Shown: positions 11,951 to 24,720 of the stretch, in pieces
Position numbering within the stretch: the first letter of the stretch is position 1
Layout: each line of letters opens with the position of its first letter
DNA from: Takakia lepidozioides
Lineage: Eukaryota; Plantae; Bryophyta
DNA length: 64,000 nucleotides
NCBI GenBank assembly: GCA_030704615.1
Contig: CM060733.1
Span: 75,764,001 to 75,828,000 of the forward strand
Direction of reading: 5' to 3'
The notes under the pieces: generated by a model
The model's input: only the letters and a program-made list of their open reading frames with translations
Told to the model about the DNA's origin: nothing
Database searches by the model: none
Position numbers and translations under genes: made by a program

Positions 11951-12739
11951 CAAACTGACTCTCCCCAGAACGGCGAGCTCTCAGCCGACACCTAGTCCTC
12001 GCACACATACCCTAGCGTTTGTCGGGTTGCTTGCTTTTCAGATGCGAAGGTTGCTCCAACTGCGGGTCTCCCATGTTTGCCCTCCCTCCCGCTCGCTGCT
12101 CTAAGTCCCAACCCTCTCTCTCTCCCTCTCGCTCGCTCGCTCTAAGTCCCAACCCTCTGTTCACAGCTACCGGGATGGGCAACTTTTAAAAAAAATTAAC
12201 ATTTTGCAAACCCTACAAGCAACTTTTGCAAAAAAATTTAAACCTTTTGCACTTTGCAACAAGTTTTAAAGGTACCATGTACTAGCTCTACCCTGTTTTC
12301 ATTTTACAATGTTGAATGATTTATATTTATGTCCCTGCACTGATATGGCCACACTTAATTTGACTCCCTTCAATCATAATATGAGGACTGTTAAGCTTGC
12401 ATTGCATTCGGTTTACATTGCAAAGTGCGACGACCACCTCTTCGTCTTTCCGAGGGCAGATTTCTGAAGTTCATGATTTATTCCATTTGCAGCGGAGTAC
12501 TAACTAAACCCATACACCAAAATCAGTGGAAATAATTGTATGGTCCCATTTCACACAGGTGTGTAACATGCCATGTAAACTAAGCCAACCCCTGCCATGG
12601 TCATGGCTGTTTTCACACCGTTCTTGCCTGGGGTGTGGACCACATGTGAGACACCCCACAGTTAGGGCATATTTAGACCCACGCCTTGGCTCAGTCTACA
12701 GACCCGTGATAAAAAGCCGTGGAATGTGCCAGGTGTGAG

Positions 12740-15700
12740 ATGGCATACCCGTGGAAAAAGCCGGTTTATCTTCTAGTGCCAAGCGATATCGACAAGCTGA
12801 AATTCTCTTTCCGGGAGGGATATCGAATGGGGTCTGCCGCGTTTTACGTTTCCATTGAGAACGACCACGGAGCTTCTCGTGCCCACACTTCCGATGAGGT
12901 GGACAAATGGGGTCCCTATTGGCAAAGGCGAAATGAGGAGTTCGAGAGATTGATTGCTACTGATCCTCTTTTCCAGCACTTGTCCGGAAAGATGTTTTAC
13001 GTGTGGGACGACAATCATCGCATCCTGGCATGGATGGAGTACATAGCCCAAGCCCACCCCAACGACCTGAATTGGTATTTTGCCGTGGAGTGTGTTGTGC
13101 TGAAGGTTGCGGGGCCCAAAGATCGCAGTCTTCTCAAAGCTGCAATGGCAGACATCAACTCGTAAGTTACAATGCCTGTTGCTTTGCAACTTTGAATTTG
13201 AAACAGTCATTTCATTGCCAATCGTCATATTTGTTGCAAATTCTCATTTCAGTATTGTTTAATGGAAATGTGGCATTGCAGGGTGACTGAGAATGCCTTC
13301 ATTGCCACCAACTTGTCCCATATGCTCTTCCGAGTGAAGGATGTCGGGAAGCAAGTGGTGCAAGAGTTTGCCAATTCGCTCAGTGCCGACCTCCTTCGCA
13401 AATCGGAGGCAAAGGCAGACAGAACCTGGTATAGGCAGAGCATGGACGCCATGGTGGACTACATATTTTGGGTAAAGCTCCTGATTGTTTTGTTCAGCTA
13501 ATCTATCTCTCTTCCCCCAATAGAAGAAAAAGTGTTGACCAGGATTTCTAATCTTATGTGCGCATTCTTGACAGTCGAAAATTCAACAGGATTTGGCACA
13601 TGCGCGGAGGTTCTACATGGAGTCGGAGGAGAAGAAACTAACCCTCCCGGCACTGGAATCGTATCTCAAAGCTGCGGAAGTGAAGGCCCGCATCAAGTAC
13701 AAGTCGCGGATGGTAAAGTATGTGACCATAGCTGATCCCGCCCTTGGTGCCGACTTTCTGGTGGAGGTGGGGAAGCACTACTCCCGCGCTCTGAAGCCCA
13801 CGATGACATTGGAGAAGCTGCATCGTCTAGCCACATCCTGTGTGGATGCAACAGAAAAGGTTATACATTCTTAACCAAATTATCGTGGCAACAATTCGTT
13901 TTTGTGGTGTTTGGCGCTTACTAATATGCTGGGTGGTTGGACAGACCCGGTGGCTCCAAATCTGGAATGGTTCCCAAAGTACAAGGGACATGTGGAGCTT
14001 CCCCAAACCCGACAAACTGTCTGACCCCACATTCGACATGTGGATGAACCGCATGACATAGTGGTTTCAAGTACTTTCCCACGCTTCATTTGCCGGTTCT
14101 ACGCTTGTACCGGGTGGATTTACTGTACTTTTTGAGGAAAGCGGTCTGATGGAGAATTTCCACAGGTGATGATGAATGCGCAAGAGCAGCTTGACACACA
14201 AGCACATCAGTTCAAGCTGGAGATTTCTGGTGAAGCAGAGAGCCTACGCGACTATGTGACGAGGTACTTTCTGCTCTACAAAACTGACCTATTCTTTCGA
14301 GAGATACCCCATGCCCGGTGGAGCCACGAGTTCACCGACCAGCCGAACGCGGACAAAGCGGCAATGCGCCTTCTGTACAGGTACATATGCGATGCCTTTC
14401 TTTTTAGTCCCTACATTTCCAAGATGTAAGAGGCCTTATGTGGCGCATGAAAATTATTTGTGAAGAAGTCCTTGGAAAAATGGCTTCCTTGGAATTTCCT
14501 GATTCGGGCCGTGGGGGATGGCTGGAAATTTGGCGCCATTTTTCCAATTTCGGGCCTATGCAGTTCTGGGACTTGGCCATTTTCAGCCCCAACCTGGGAA
14601 AATGGTGCCGAATTTCCAGTTTAGGGCCCCGAAAATGGCTAAGTCCCTGGGGTGGCTGGCACCGAGACTGGAAATTCGGCGCCATTTTTCCAGTTCCGGG
14701 CCCAGTCAATTCTGGGACTTAAGACATTTTCAGCCCCAACCTGGGAAAATGGCACCGAATTTCTAGTTCAAGGCCCTGAAAATGGCTAAGTCCCTGGGTT
14801 GGCTGGCACCGAAACTGGAAATTCGGCGCCATTTTTCCAGTTCCGGGCCTAGTTAGTTCTGGGACTTAGCCATTTTCGGCCCCAACCTGGAAAAATGGCG
14901 CCGAATTTCCAGTTCAGGGCCCCGAAAATGGCTAAGTCCCTGGGGTGGCCGGCACCGAAACTGGAAATTCGGTGCCATTTTTCCAATTCTGGGCCCAGTC
15001 AGTTCTGGGACTTAAGACATTTTCAGCCTCAACCTGGGAAAATGGCGCCGAATTTCCAGTTCAGGGCCCCGAAAATGGCTAAGTCCCTGGGGTTGCTGGC
15101 ATCGAAACCGGAAATTCGGCGCCATTTTTCCAGTTCCGGGCCTAGTTTCAGTTTCATTTTTCGAGTTTCATTCCCTGAAATTTACCTCGTTCCCGGGACC
15201 TCATTCTGTGTGTGTTTCTTGAATGCAGGTACTGCCAGTTCTCCTTTTTGGAGAACGGTCATCTGTCCTTCGAGCCGCCATTCTTCCTCGCATGGAGGAA
15301 CCCTGGGGCTGACTCTATGTACACTGACGTTATCGTGAAGGAGTGGCATCTGGAACATTTGCGCGACTGCCCTTGGTATGTGGACCTTCCGCCTGGCTCG
15401 CTCGACTCATCCGAGTTTCAATTGAAGCTGGATGTGGAGGCTCGACGAAACCGGGCTCCGCTGCCTCCGTTGGGTCCAATGGAGGCGAAAGCGCTTGCCA
15501 AGTCCAGGAAAGCGGCAGAGCTTGCTCAGGCAGGTATTCAGGAGAAATTGAATGAGAAGAATAAAGGACAAAAGAAAAGGACACGGAAACAGGGGAGTAC
15601 AGTAACCCCCAAAAAACAGAAAACCAGCGGGGCACCAGAGGAGGCGCAGGAGGGGCCCCAAGGGAGTGACTCCGACGACGACTTTGTGCAAGGTCCTGCG

Positions 15701-17585
15701 ACTGCTGCTGCTGCTACCAAGTCACCGGTTGTCCGGGTTCCCAAGTCAGTTCGGAAAGGGACTGGCTCTGCCAAGAAGTTGGCATTTGAGGGCGAGCCTA
15801 CATGGCGGTATTCAGCGGTGACGTTTCCGCAGAGGCCAAAGCTAGAACCCCCAACCATCATCCAATGTGTCAATGAGAGCTTCTTTGACGCTCTGGCTGC
15901 CAGGGCGAAGAAGGTGGCACACATCAAGTCTCTGGAGGAGCTGAAGGGGAAAGCCAAGAAGAGGGCTGCCGGTACAGAGCCTAAAGACACCCCTGGTTTG
16001 GAAGCCATGATGGAATTCTTCACGGCTGTGAGCATGGATTGCAAGAGCACTCGGGGGGGGGGGTTGAGGTGGAGAGAGCCTGCGATATGATTCTCCTCGA
16101 TATTCCAGATGGGGAGCTGCTGGAGGGCCTGGATGGTGTGCCCACCTGGAACAGGTTTACTGAGGACTACTGGAGAGCCGGGTTTGGGCTGGCGGGGATG
16201 CTCTTGGATGACGGTGGATGTATGGTGGTCCTTGCCACAAGAGGGAAGACCACAGAAAATGTTGTGGCAAGATGGACACCGAAAAGTATCACCCCGGTCC
16301 TCCTCAAAAAATGGTTCTGCATCGATACACAGGGGTTGCGAATAGAGGGCCAGAGTGTAAGTGATCAATCTATTGCATTCACTTCATATCGTGGTGTATC
16401 TAAACTAGACCCTGGAGTTGATCCCTCTTTTGTTGGATGTGCAGACATTGGTGTTTGAGGCATATTGTTTTGTGAAGAGAGGGTCTACGTTCAAATTCCG
16501 CAACAACGGCCGTCTTGTTGATGCCGCTGTGGACCCTATTACCTATTATGTCCTCTACAACTATGTGTCCCACTCCAGTATGCCGAAGGACACAAGGACA
16601 GGCAAACCGTGGCGGTACAGCCGGACCCGGAGCCCTGCTTTCATCCAAACCCTCATGGAGACGTGCTCGGATGTCCAAGGGCGGATTCTTGACCTCAAAT
16701 GCGGCACGGGTAAGCCTTCACGTGCACAGTTTGTCCCCTGGCCCGATTGCAATTGCATGCCGCATGCTACTAACCGCCCGCTTTGTCCCTCAAGTGCTTC
16801 AATGTGGGCAGGGACGTTGTCCGACAGGCATGTCTTCGCCTTCGAGCCAAATACTGCCCTCCACAACTCCAAATTTGCAGCAGCTGAACGTCTACCGAAA
16901 GAGGAAGAGGCATCCTCGGAGGATGTGGAAGAATCCGACAAGGAGCAGGGGGAGGTACAAGTTGGGATCGAGGCCGAGGAGCCCCCGGTTTACGAGTGAG
17001 TGGTCGCATTGTAAGTTGCCTCCTGATTTCGTGAGGCACCTCCCTTCGCTCTCTTATTTCATTGGCCGACCCTTTCTGCTTCTGCTGGTATTGACATTCT
17101 TGAAGTGGATTTGTTCTTACTGCAAGATGCCAAGTACTGCAGGAGGGACGTCTACACCGCATTTCATGGGCAGGAGGAACGTGCCTTTTTTTGCCAGGGG
17201 GGATTTCATGCCGAGTCCAGAAAGGGACTACATCCTTCCTACTTATGCTGCCCGGCTTGCTTCGGTGTCCATTAGGAGGTCTTCCGAACCTAGTCATGTA
17301 CAACAGATTTTAGACGAGGCAAGCCTCAAGAAAATGAAGATGAGGGAGGAGGGAGCAGCTATTAGAGCCCGTCAGGCTCGTAGATTTGTCTTGGATTCTG
17401 CTGAGGAAAGTGGGGGAGAAGAGGCAGAAGATTCCCAGGAGGTGAGGTGGACAGTCCCCCAAGGAGAGGACGGAATTTTTGAGAGGCATAGTGGAACTGA
17501 TGCATCACAGAGCTCGGAGGATGGGGGGGATGAGGGGGATGAGGAGGAAGGTGGGGCAAGTTCCTCGGAGGGTGTAGGAGAGTAG
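12740..17585 (+). pseudogene. Multi-exon gene with an N-terminal ParB/Srx-like motif and a C-terminal beta-class amino (N4C/N6A) DNA methyltransferase-like domain; probably TE-borne and damaged
   Basis: GT-AG introns inferred at ~13162-13281, ~13472-13574, ~13860-13944, 14426-15228 and ~16357-16444. FYVWDDNHR resembles the ParB DGNHR motif. CDMILLDIPDG sits at the DPPY position and is followed by PWR..TRSPAFIQTLMETCSDVQGRILDLKCGTG.ASMWAG..SDRHVFAFE (motif X/I). TAG at 14059; frameshift in a G-run at ~16053-16063. Confidence 0.65.
14500..15147. repeat. Intronic tandem repeat, ~147-bp unit, ~4.3 copies, each with an internal 23-bp inverted repeat
   Basis: Units start at ~14588, 14735, 14881 and 15028. 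Arms are aaaatggcgccgaatttccagtt and aactggaaattcggcgccatttt. Confidence 0.92.
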
Positions 17586-18419
17586 TGCCCATTCCGGCTA
17601 TGACTGTTATGACACACTTGTATGGATGTGGCTTGCCACAAAATTTGCAATAAAATGTTGCATTTCATTGCTATGACGAGTCCACTGGTGCCACATTCCA
17701 ACTTCACATGACCCTATTTCCGTGGACACACAATGGTCCACTCATGTTTTTTTTTTTTTTTTTTTTTTCTGCTCATGCTCATGCCGCTCATGAAATAGCA
17801 GCCCCCCACACGAGAGGGGGCAAACAATGGTTTATCCGGTAAGCAGGCTGTAAGCAATTGTTTATGACCCTGACTATTTTTTTCGCGCAAGATATCACCA
17901 CACTTCATAGTGAACAATGAACAGGCAGTGGATCAAAGGTCCTCAAAAGTGCCACTACACCTCAGCAATGCATAGTCTGCCAAATGGAAGCAGATTTTCA
18001 ATTTTAGTGGAATTTCTGTCTGTCTGATAGCTGCTTACAGTATCATTATCTTCTAGCTATGTCAATAGTGGCATAGCATAGTTCTGTGTAGTTCCACAAT
18101 TTGGGGACAACATTGTAGGGTGTGGAGGGGCAGGTAGGGCAGAAGCACTGAAAGAGAATGTTCTCACAAGGCTGTGCCTGCCCTATTTTGTGACCACAAC
18201 ACCCTCACAGGTTTTTGATGAGAGAGAAGCAGTCGACAAGATGCATCAGAAAGTTTCTTGTGAATTGTCATGTTTGACTCTCTCTCTCCCCCTCTCTCTC
18301 TCCCCACCACATTTCCAAAGTGTTGAGAGTAATTCAGGATAGGAACTAGTCCGTCACAAGTAATTATGTCTTGTCCCCCATCTGCACAATTCCACTGTTG
18401 ATACAAACAAAACTAGGTG

Positions 18420-18685
18420 CGATGGGTTTGGATGGCCTTGCTTGGCGCTTGCAGAATCCATGGCAAGCTGCAGGTGGCTGAACGTGCAGTGCAACATCCA
18501 TTCTGAAGTTGGATAACCAGGATGTTGCTACTCACATGTTGCTATCAAACATATATGCTGCAACTGGCAGGTGGGTCCATACTCCAAGGGTGAAAAAATT
18601 GATGAAGTTCCAAGGGGTCAGGAAGAAGTTGTGTCGCTGCCGCATTGAGATTGGCAACAAAGTACACACCTTTGTTGTAGGGATC
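18420..18685 (+). pseudogene. PPR E/E+ domain fragment
   Basis: VWMALLGACRIHG...HMLLSNIYAATGRW...VRKKLCRCRIEIGNKVHTFVV. A further E+ remnant lies at ~19520-19630. Confidence 0.88.
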
Positions 18686-20504
18686 AGCCATGCTGAATGC
18701 TTAAAGAAACGAGGTAGAGGAAGCATCTGGTTGCCATGCTACTTAGGCATGGGTAATGATTGACAGGTTGAAGTCTTTAACAGTCTTGTCGGGCAATCTT
18801 TCTTCTGTACAGTCTGTTTCTCTTCATTTCTTATAGTTGTCATTTCCACTTGATACTTGGCATTGCAACACTCTTGAAGATTTTGTATACTTGTAGGCCT
18901 CACTGAACATTGTAATAATATGGCGGGTGGGTCTGATATGGCAGGTGGCATGGGTCTGATATATTGGCAGCTGGGCTGTCAGGCCGTCGTCTTTCAATTA
19001 CAATGATGGTCGGGCACGTGTGGGTGTTAGGGATCCGCGATCTGTTATTATGGCTCTCTCAGTTATTAGTTGTGAAAGAAGTAAGACACGGCTCGGACTG
19101 ACCAGATGCGAGAGCATGCTGGTTGGATTATATCTTTTGAGTAATGGAGAAGTGAACTGATTTCCCAAGCTGTTTGTTGAGAGACATGGGGAGGCTGTGT
19201 TTGGTTCACTGAGTTCACGGCTTGTGTCATGCAATCAGTACATGGTTGTAGGGTTATGGCATGTGTAACAGCAAAAGAGTGGTGTAATGTAAGTAATGCA
19301 TGCTAGTCAGAGTGCCCGGGCCAATGGCAACCATCCAATCAGCAACAAAAGCAATTTCAAGCTACAAATAGAGAGAAATACAGAAAACACACCCTGTGGT
19401 GTCCATCAAAGGGCCAATTGGACAAAGCAAAACAACAATAAGAACTGTAACAGCTACAAACTCGCAAAACTGAAGTGCTTCATGCATTCAAGCTGAAAAG
19501 CACCCTGAAGTCCGAAGGTCAGATGGGTGAGGAAGCAGCGACGTCGCTGCCACCATGACATTGGCAACAAGGTGCACACCAGAGTAGATGACAATTGTAT
19601 CCCTGCATTGACAAAATCCATGCTCAGAGCTGAGAAGATTGTCCAAGCAGATGGTGGAGGCAGGCTAGCGTGCCTGGCACAACCTTTGTATTGTATAATG
19701 AGGGGGAGGAGCAAAAGGAAATTTTGTTGAAAGGTGGCCAAACTACAGAAGAATTATTGAGCACTGAATATTTGTCAGATCAGAATTGACTGCAGTTGTG
19801 ACCTACTATTATGGTGGCCCGACCAGCAGCCGTCTTCTTTTACATCGGGATATTGTTGTCAGCTAAATTTTTATGCTTGCCTCATGGTGGTGTGGCTGAT
19901 TGAATTATCTATGCAGGCCTGTGCATGCACATTTCCCTCCCGCCTAGCAGCGCACTGTAGTCACTTGATCAATATGAGCACTAGAAGGAGGAGGTTAGAA
20001 GGACTACTTCTTAGATAGAGTGCGAGAGCAACAGCGTGTGGAGGACTTGCGGGGATTGTTTTTGCGGGTGGATCGGTTGCAGGGTCTATCCCTCCGCACG
20101 AAGCAGAACCTGAAATGCCGTATGAACATGGACATTGAGCGTCAATTGAGAATAGCGAGGGTGGCCAAGCGCGAGCATGCTTGGCGGGATAGAGTGGAGC
20201 ATGCATGCTCCGTAGTCCTGGATTGATTAGGAAACCTTCACAGAGGTCCTCACGTACAAGATCCAGTCGAGCGTCTAAACCGACGTTGGATTTTCAAGAG
20301 GTTGACAACCTGCAGCACCAAATTACGAGAAATTGGCAGGCGGTGGCCAAAGCTCTACAAACCTACCTGGACTACATGGTTTTTGGGATGGCCTCCCTTT
20401 GAAGACTTCTCACATGAGGATCAAGTACGAATCTTGACCCAGATCACGCGAAAGTGGAAACGTGAATAGCATAACAACATGTAACGGACAAGAGTCCGTT
20501 GGTC

Positions 20505-20630
20505 AATCACCAAGTCAGCAAATTTAAGAGATTCCAGGAGGAAGTAATCACCAAGTCAACAAATTTTTGAGATTCTAGGGGGGAAGTAATCAGCAAGTCA
20601 ACAAATTTTTGAGATTCCAAGGGGAAGTAA
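20505..20630. repeat. Three tandem ~41-bp repeats
   Basis: aatcaccaagtcaacaaatttttgagattc(c/t)aggggaagt repeated three times with no spacers. Confidence 0.85.
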
Positions 20631-20923
20631 ACGGGTCCCTATGATTATCATTCACTGGTAGCAAGTCTTTCCATGGGCTTACGTTTCTATAGTGTCTGTT
20701 GTTGCAAGTGTCTGGAATGTAGCAATGTAGTATGCTAAGATTTGCTTGTCACATGTGTTCGTAGCTTTGTGTCCAAATTTTATGGAGTGGCATTGTGATC
20801 TCTGTTTTCGGGCAAGAATTTTCTAATAAAGAATGTTATTGAAGTTTTCATGCCTCACTTAAATATTTGATTCAGGATATGTGGCATCACAGTTGTCAAG
20901 TGTCACAATTGTCTTATGATGTC

Positions 20924-22500
20924 TGTCGGCCAAAGAGAAGGAAATATGGTGAGAAGGAGGCAAGTGATGCTTGTTTGCTGAACTTGTAACCCATGGCTAA
21001 CCAAGGCACCTGAAGATCCCAATCTCCTAGGTGTCCCTTCTGCAAGCCATACTTGCGCAAACCCCTCTTCACCGTCTGAAGAACTCTCTCTGCCAAGCCA
21101 TCGGCCTCAAGATGATCCCGAGAAGTGATGCGGTGGTCTATCAAGGCTTTATCACACAAAGCCTGAAACTCCCCCAATGACTCTCTGAATTTGTCCGTGA
21201 GTACCTCAGCTGGAGCACCGAATCGGCTAAGCACACGATCCAAGAATGCATACGCAGCCCCCTCACTAGCCTTGTCAGGCAATGGAACCAACTCAATCCA
21301 CTTGGAGAAGTGCTCCACCATCACCAACACATATCTGTGGTGGCGCATAGTAAGTGGCAACGGTCCTGCGAAGTCAAGACTCCACCTGTAGCCCAATCCC
21401 ATGATTGGTAAAGGATGCAACTGTGGTGTAGGGGCGTTGAATGAAGCACGCACCCTGTCACACACCATGCACCTAGCCACGAATTGTTGCACCTCTGTAT
21501 GCATACCACGCCACCAATACTGCCTCTGTAGTAAACTGTGAGTGCGTCGCACTCCAAAATGCCCCAACTCCTCATGGGCATGCTGCACTAACCGTGCACG
21601 CTGTGTTGGGTGAGGCACAATCCTCACCCAACCATCCTCCCACACTCGGAGCAGGTGAATCCCCTCCCACTTGAACCTCTTGGCTCGTTGCAGGATCCGA
21701 TCCCTCTCCCTGGCAGTCACAGTGGCTGTCGTGTCTCCCGTGCGGAGGTAGTCCAACATAGCCGAATCCTCATGTATATCTCTGGCACCACCTGGCTCAT
21801 CACTAGCCTCAGGGTCCTCAGACACTCCGTCTACAGTCATCCTTGTTGTAGGTCCAACCTGACCTTCCGATGCCAAGATACACAAAAATGCAGATGTGTG
21901 CCATCCCGACACCATCTCCTCGTCCGTCTCACCATGCCACCGAGCTCCAGTGTCATCCTGCTGGCTCGTGCATGGATTGCGACTCAATCCATCCGCATCC
22001 CGATTAACCAAACCCGGTCGATGCACAACCTGAAAGTCATACTCCTGGAGTATGAGTGCCCACCATGCAAGCTTCCCCCTAAGCTTGTCTGACTCCATCA
22101 ACCACTTGAGTGGTTGGTGATCCGTGATAAGGGTGAAGAGATTGCCATATAGATAGCACCTGAAGTGTGCCACGGCCCACACTGCAGCTAAGCACTCTCC
22201 CTCATATGAGCTGTACTTAGCCTCTGCAGCGTTGTTTGAGCGGCTAGCATAAGCCACTGCGAACTCTCTTCCCTCATCATCCACCTGTGTGAGCACCGCT
22301 CCAAGCCCTAGCATGCTCCAATCCATATGCAGCTGAAAGGACGCCCCCTGATAGGTCGTCTCAGGATAGGCGCCGAGGTCAACCTTACCTTGAGCTCTTG
22401 AAAAGCTCGTTCCTGCTCATCTTCCCACTGCCACTTTTGGTCCGCTTGGTTAGAGCCTTTACAATGGCACTAAATCCCTTGACAAACCGTCTATAATAGT
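20924..22500 (-). pseudogene. RNase H and DDE integrase core of the Gypsy-type element
   Basis: DWSMLGLGAVLTQ, AYASRSNN.AE..YSSYEGECLA, TDHQPLKWL, DADGLSR. HHCC finger HEELGHFG..C..C; WSLDFAG, VLTD, GLAERV; ends FSPYFLLFGR. Confidence 0.93.
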
Positions 22501-23330
22501 TTGCCAACCCCATGAAAGCTCAAACTCGGCTCACATCCGTGGGGCGTGGAATCTGTGCAATGGCCTCTACCTTAGTCTGTTGTACCCCCAATCCTCCATG
22601 ACATATCATGTGACCCAGATACTCAATCTGGTTGTGGAAAAACTTGCACTTCCACAGATGCAACTTCAATCCGTGCGCTCTCAAGCGCTCCAATACCACC
22701 TGAAGGTGTCTCTCATGCTCCTCCACCGTAGCACTAAAGATGATGATGTCATCTATGTAGCACCGAGCAAAGTCCGCCCCTGCTAGAATCCTATCCATGA
22801 CTCTCTGAAACTCTGCAGGAGCATTCTTAAGCCCAAATGGTAAGAACTGCCACTGATATAGGCAATCCTTGTCATGCTCATTGATCCCCCAGAATGTCGT
22901 CTTCTGCTTGTCCGCCTCTTTGATCGGCAACTGGTGATATCCGGATCGTAAATCCAAGTGCTAAAGACCTTAGCATGCCCGATGGCATCAAAGATCTCCT
23001 CTGGTGTTGGCATGGCATACTTATCGGACTTGGTCTGACGATTTACAGGCCGGTAATCACCGCACATACGTCTCTCCGTCCAATTGCCATAGACATCCTT
23101 CTTGGCTGGCATCACTGTGGCTGAAGCATACTCTCCACCAGAGAGCTCCACCAAACCAGCCTCCCAGAGATCTTGAGTCCTCATCTGAATCAAAGACCTC
23201 TCCATGTCACTGTATCTATAGGGTCTCCGAAAGATTGGCGTGTCAGTGGCCAACTCAATACGAATCTCTTGACCCTTCAGTGCTCCCAAGTCCTTCAAAC
23301 TGAAGGCAAAGCAATTCCTGTAAGCCCTCA
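22500..23330 (-). pseudogene. Reverse transcriptase (Gypsy type)
   Basis: RRPYRYS, RMCGDYRPVN, DLRSGYHQ, LPFGLKNAPAEFQR, YIDD (~22747-22759), KC.F....IEYLGH. Frameshifted. Confidence 0.95.
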
Positions 23331-23739
23331 GGAACCGCCGTATACGTCGTCTCTCTCCTCCGGTGAAAATGGGTCCAATGTCAGGCTCCCAATTGTCCTC
23401 CGTAACTGCAACCTTAAGTCCAGTGGGCTTAGAGGTAGAGGACGCGTCCAGTGGTTGCTATGTTGCAACCTCTTGAGCAGTATTCCCTGCCTGCTCAGAC
23501 AATGACAAGGCCTCATCTTGCCCCATCATCTCATCCTCGAGGACTTCCTCAACCCGAGAAAAATCCCCAACCTCATCCATCACCGCCGCCCTGGTTGCCA
23601 ACTCCCTCTGAACCTCGAGCACCTCCCACATGTGCCATGGATGCCTGCACTCCGTGGTCCTCTCATGCTTGCCCCCACTCACTGCCTGTACTGTCTCGGT
23701 AGGCAGAGAGACCATCGAGGGAAGTGTACTTCGCACTCT

Positions 23740-24720
23740 GCGTTGCTCAGCCATAGCCAAGCTGATAATCCAGGTCAAACAATTGAGATCCATTGCTTGC
23801 CCCAACACCTGACGACGTGATGCCTCAGAAAGAGACGACACCGCCGTGGTACCAGTGGTAAAACCCATTGCCCGCTCACGCTCATCAGCATTAGGCTCCA
23901 CTAACTGCTGCAACTGAGCATCCCACAGGAGGCCAGGTCCACTATCCCAGAAAGCATGCGATCCTGGGAAGCTGAGCAGTGTAGGTAATGCTGTTCGTGG
24001 TTGACCCACCTTGTTGACCACTGCCAAAGGCAAACGGTCAACGTGTCTCACATGTTAAGACTGCCTCCCTGTGTCCAAAATGCTATCCACTGTGAGGTAT
24101 GCTGGCCACTGCACCCCATCAAATGCACGCTTGAGCAGTGCGAGTGACATCAAGTTAGTCCACCATAGCCGTGGACGATGAGCCCGTGACCCCATTGTAG
24201 CTGCATCTAGCAACACTACTGACCCAAGCCACAACCGGACTTGATGCACATTGGCCATCACCCTGGCCCGAGAATCGCCCATCAATGGCACATTCTCCAA
24301 GATGTATGCTGGAGATACAACTTGATGAAGCTGTAAGTGGCGCAAAACCCGCACCATCTCCCAAAACAGACCCGACCTCGAGTCTCGCAATCCATTGCCA
24401 TGCCCGGCTGATGAATGTCCTTGACAGGGCCAACCTGCCACTACCAGATCAATGGAGCCAACCCGCTCCAAATCCTGTGCCCCTAGCAACGAAATGTCTG
24501 CTAGCAAGGCCTGCTGATATCCACGAACTGCAGACACCGGCAACAACTCAGGGTACTGCTGCACCAACTGAGCAATATGGCGAAGTGAAACGTGTCGTGC
24601 AGTCTTCCCTCTCCACATACAGGTAACGCCGAACTCGTACACCTGCCTGTAACACAATAGTCAATCCGGTGCTGATCCCGCCAAACAAGTCCAGAAGACA
24701 AATGCCTTCATCCGGATACT
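23740..24720 (-). pseudogene. C5 cytosine DNA methyltransferase domain inside pol
   Basis: Motif I LLDLFGGI (~24674-24698), IV VAGWPCQGHS (PCQ 24421-24429), VI ILENV (~24290), VIII AHRPRLWWTN, IX ERERAMGF, X RRQVLGQAM (~23790). One frameshift and one stop (24055). Confidence 0.93.

Noticed and set aside
14404-15338. ORFs 14404-14709, 14438-14722, 14518-14766 and 14895-15338
   Set aside because: Translations of the 147-bp tandem repeat inside an inferred intron (14426-15228).
20505-20630. CRISPR-like array
   Set aside because: The ~41-bp units are head-to-tail with no unique spacers, there are no cas genes, and the context is eukaryotic.
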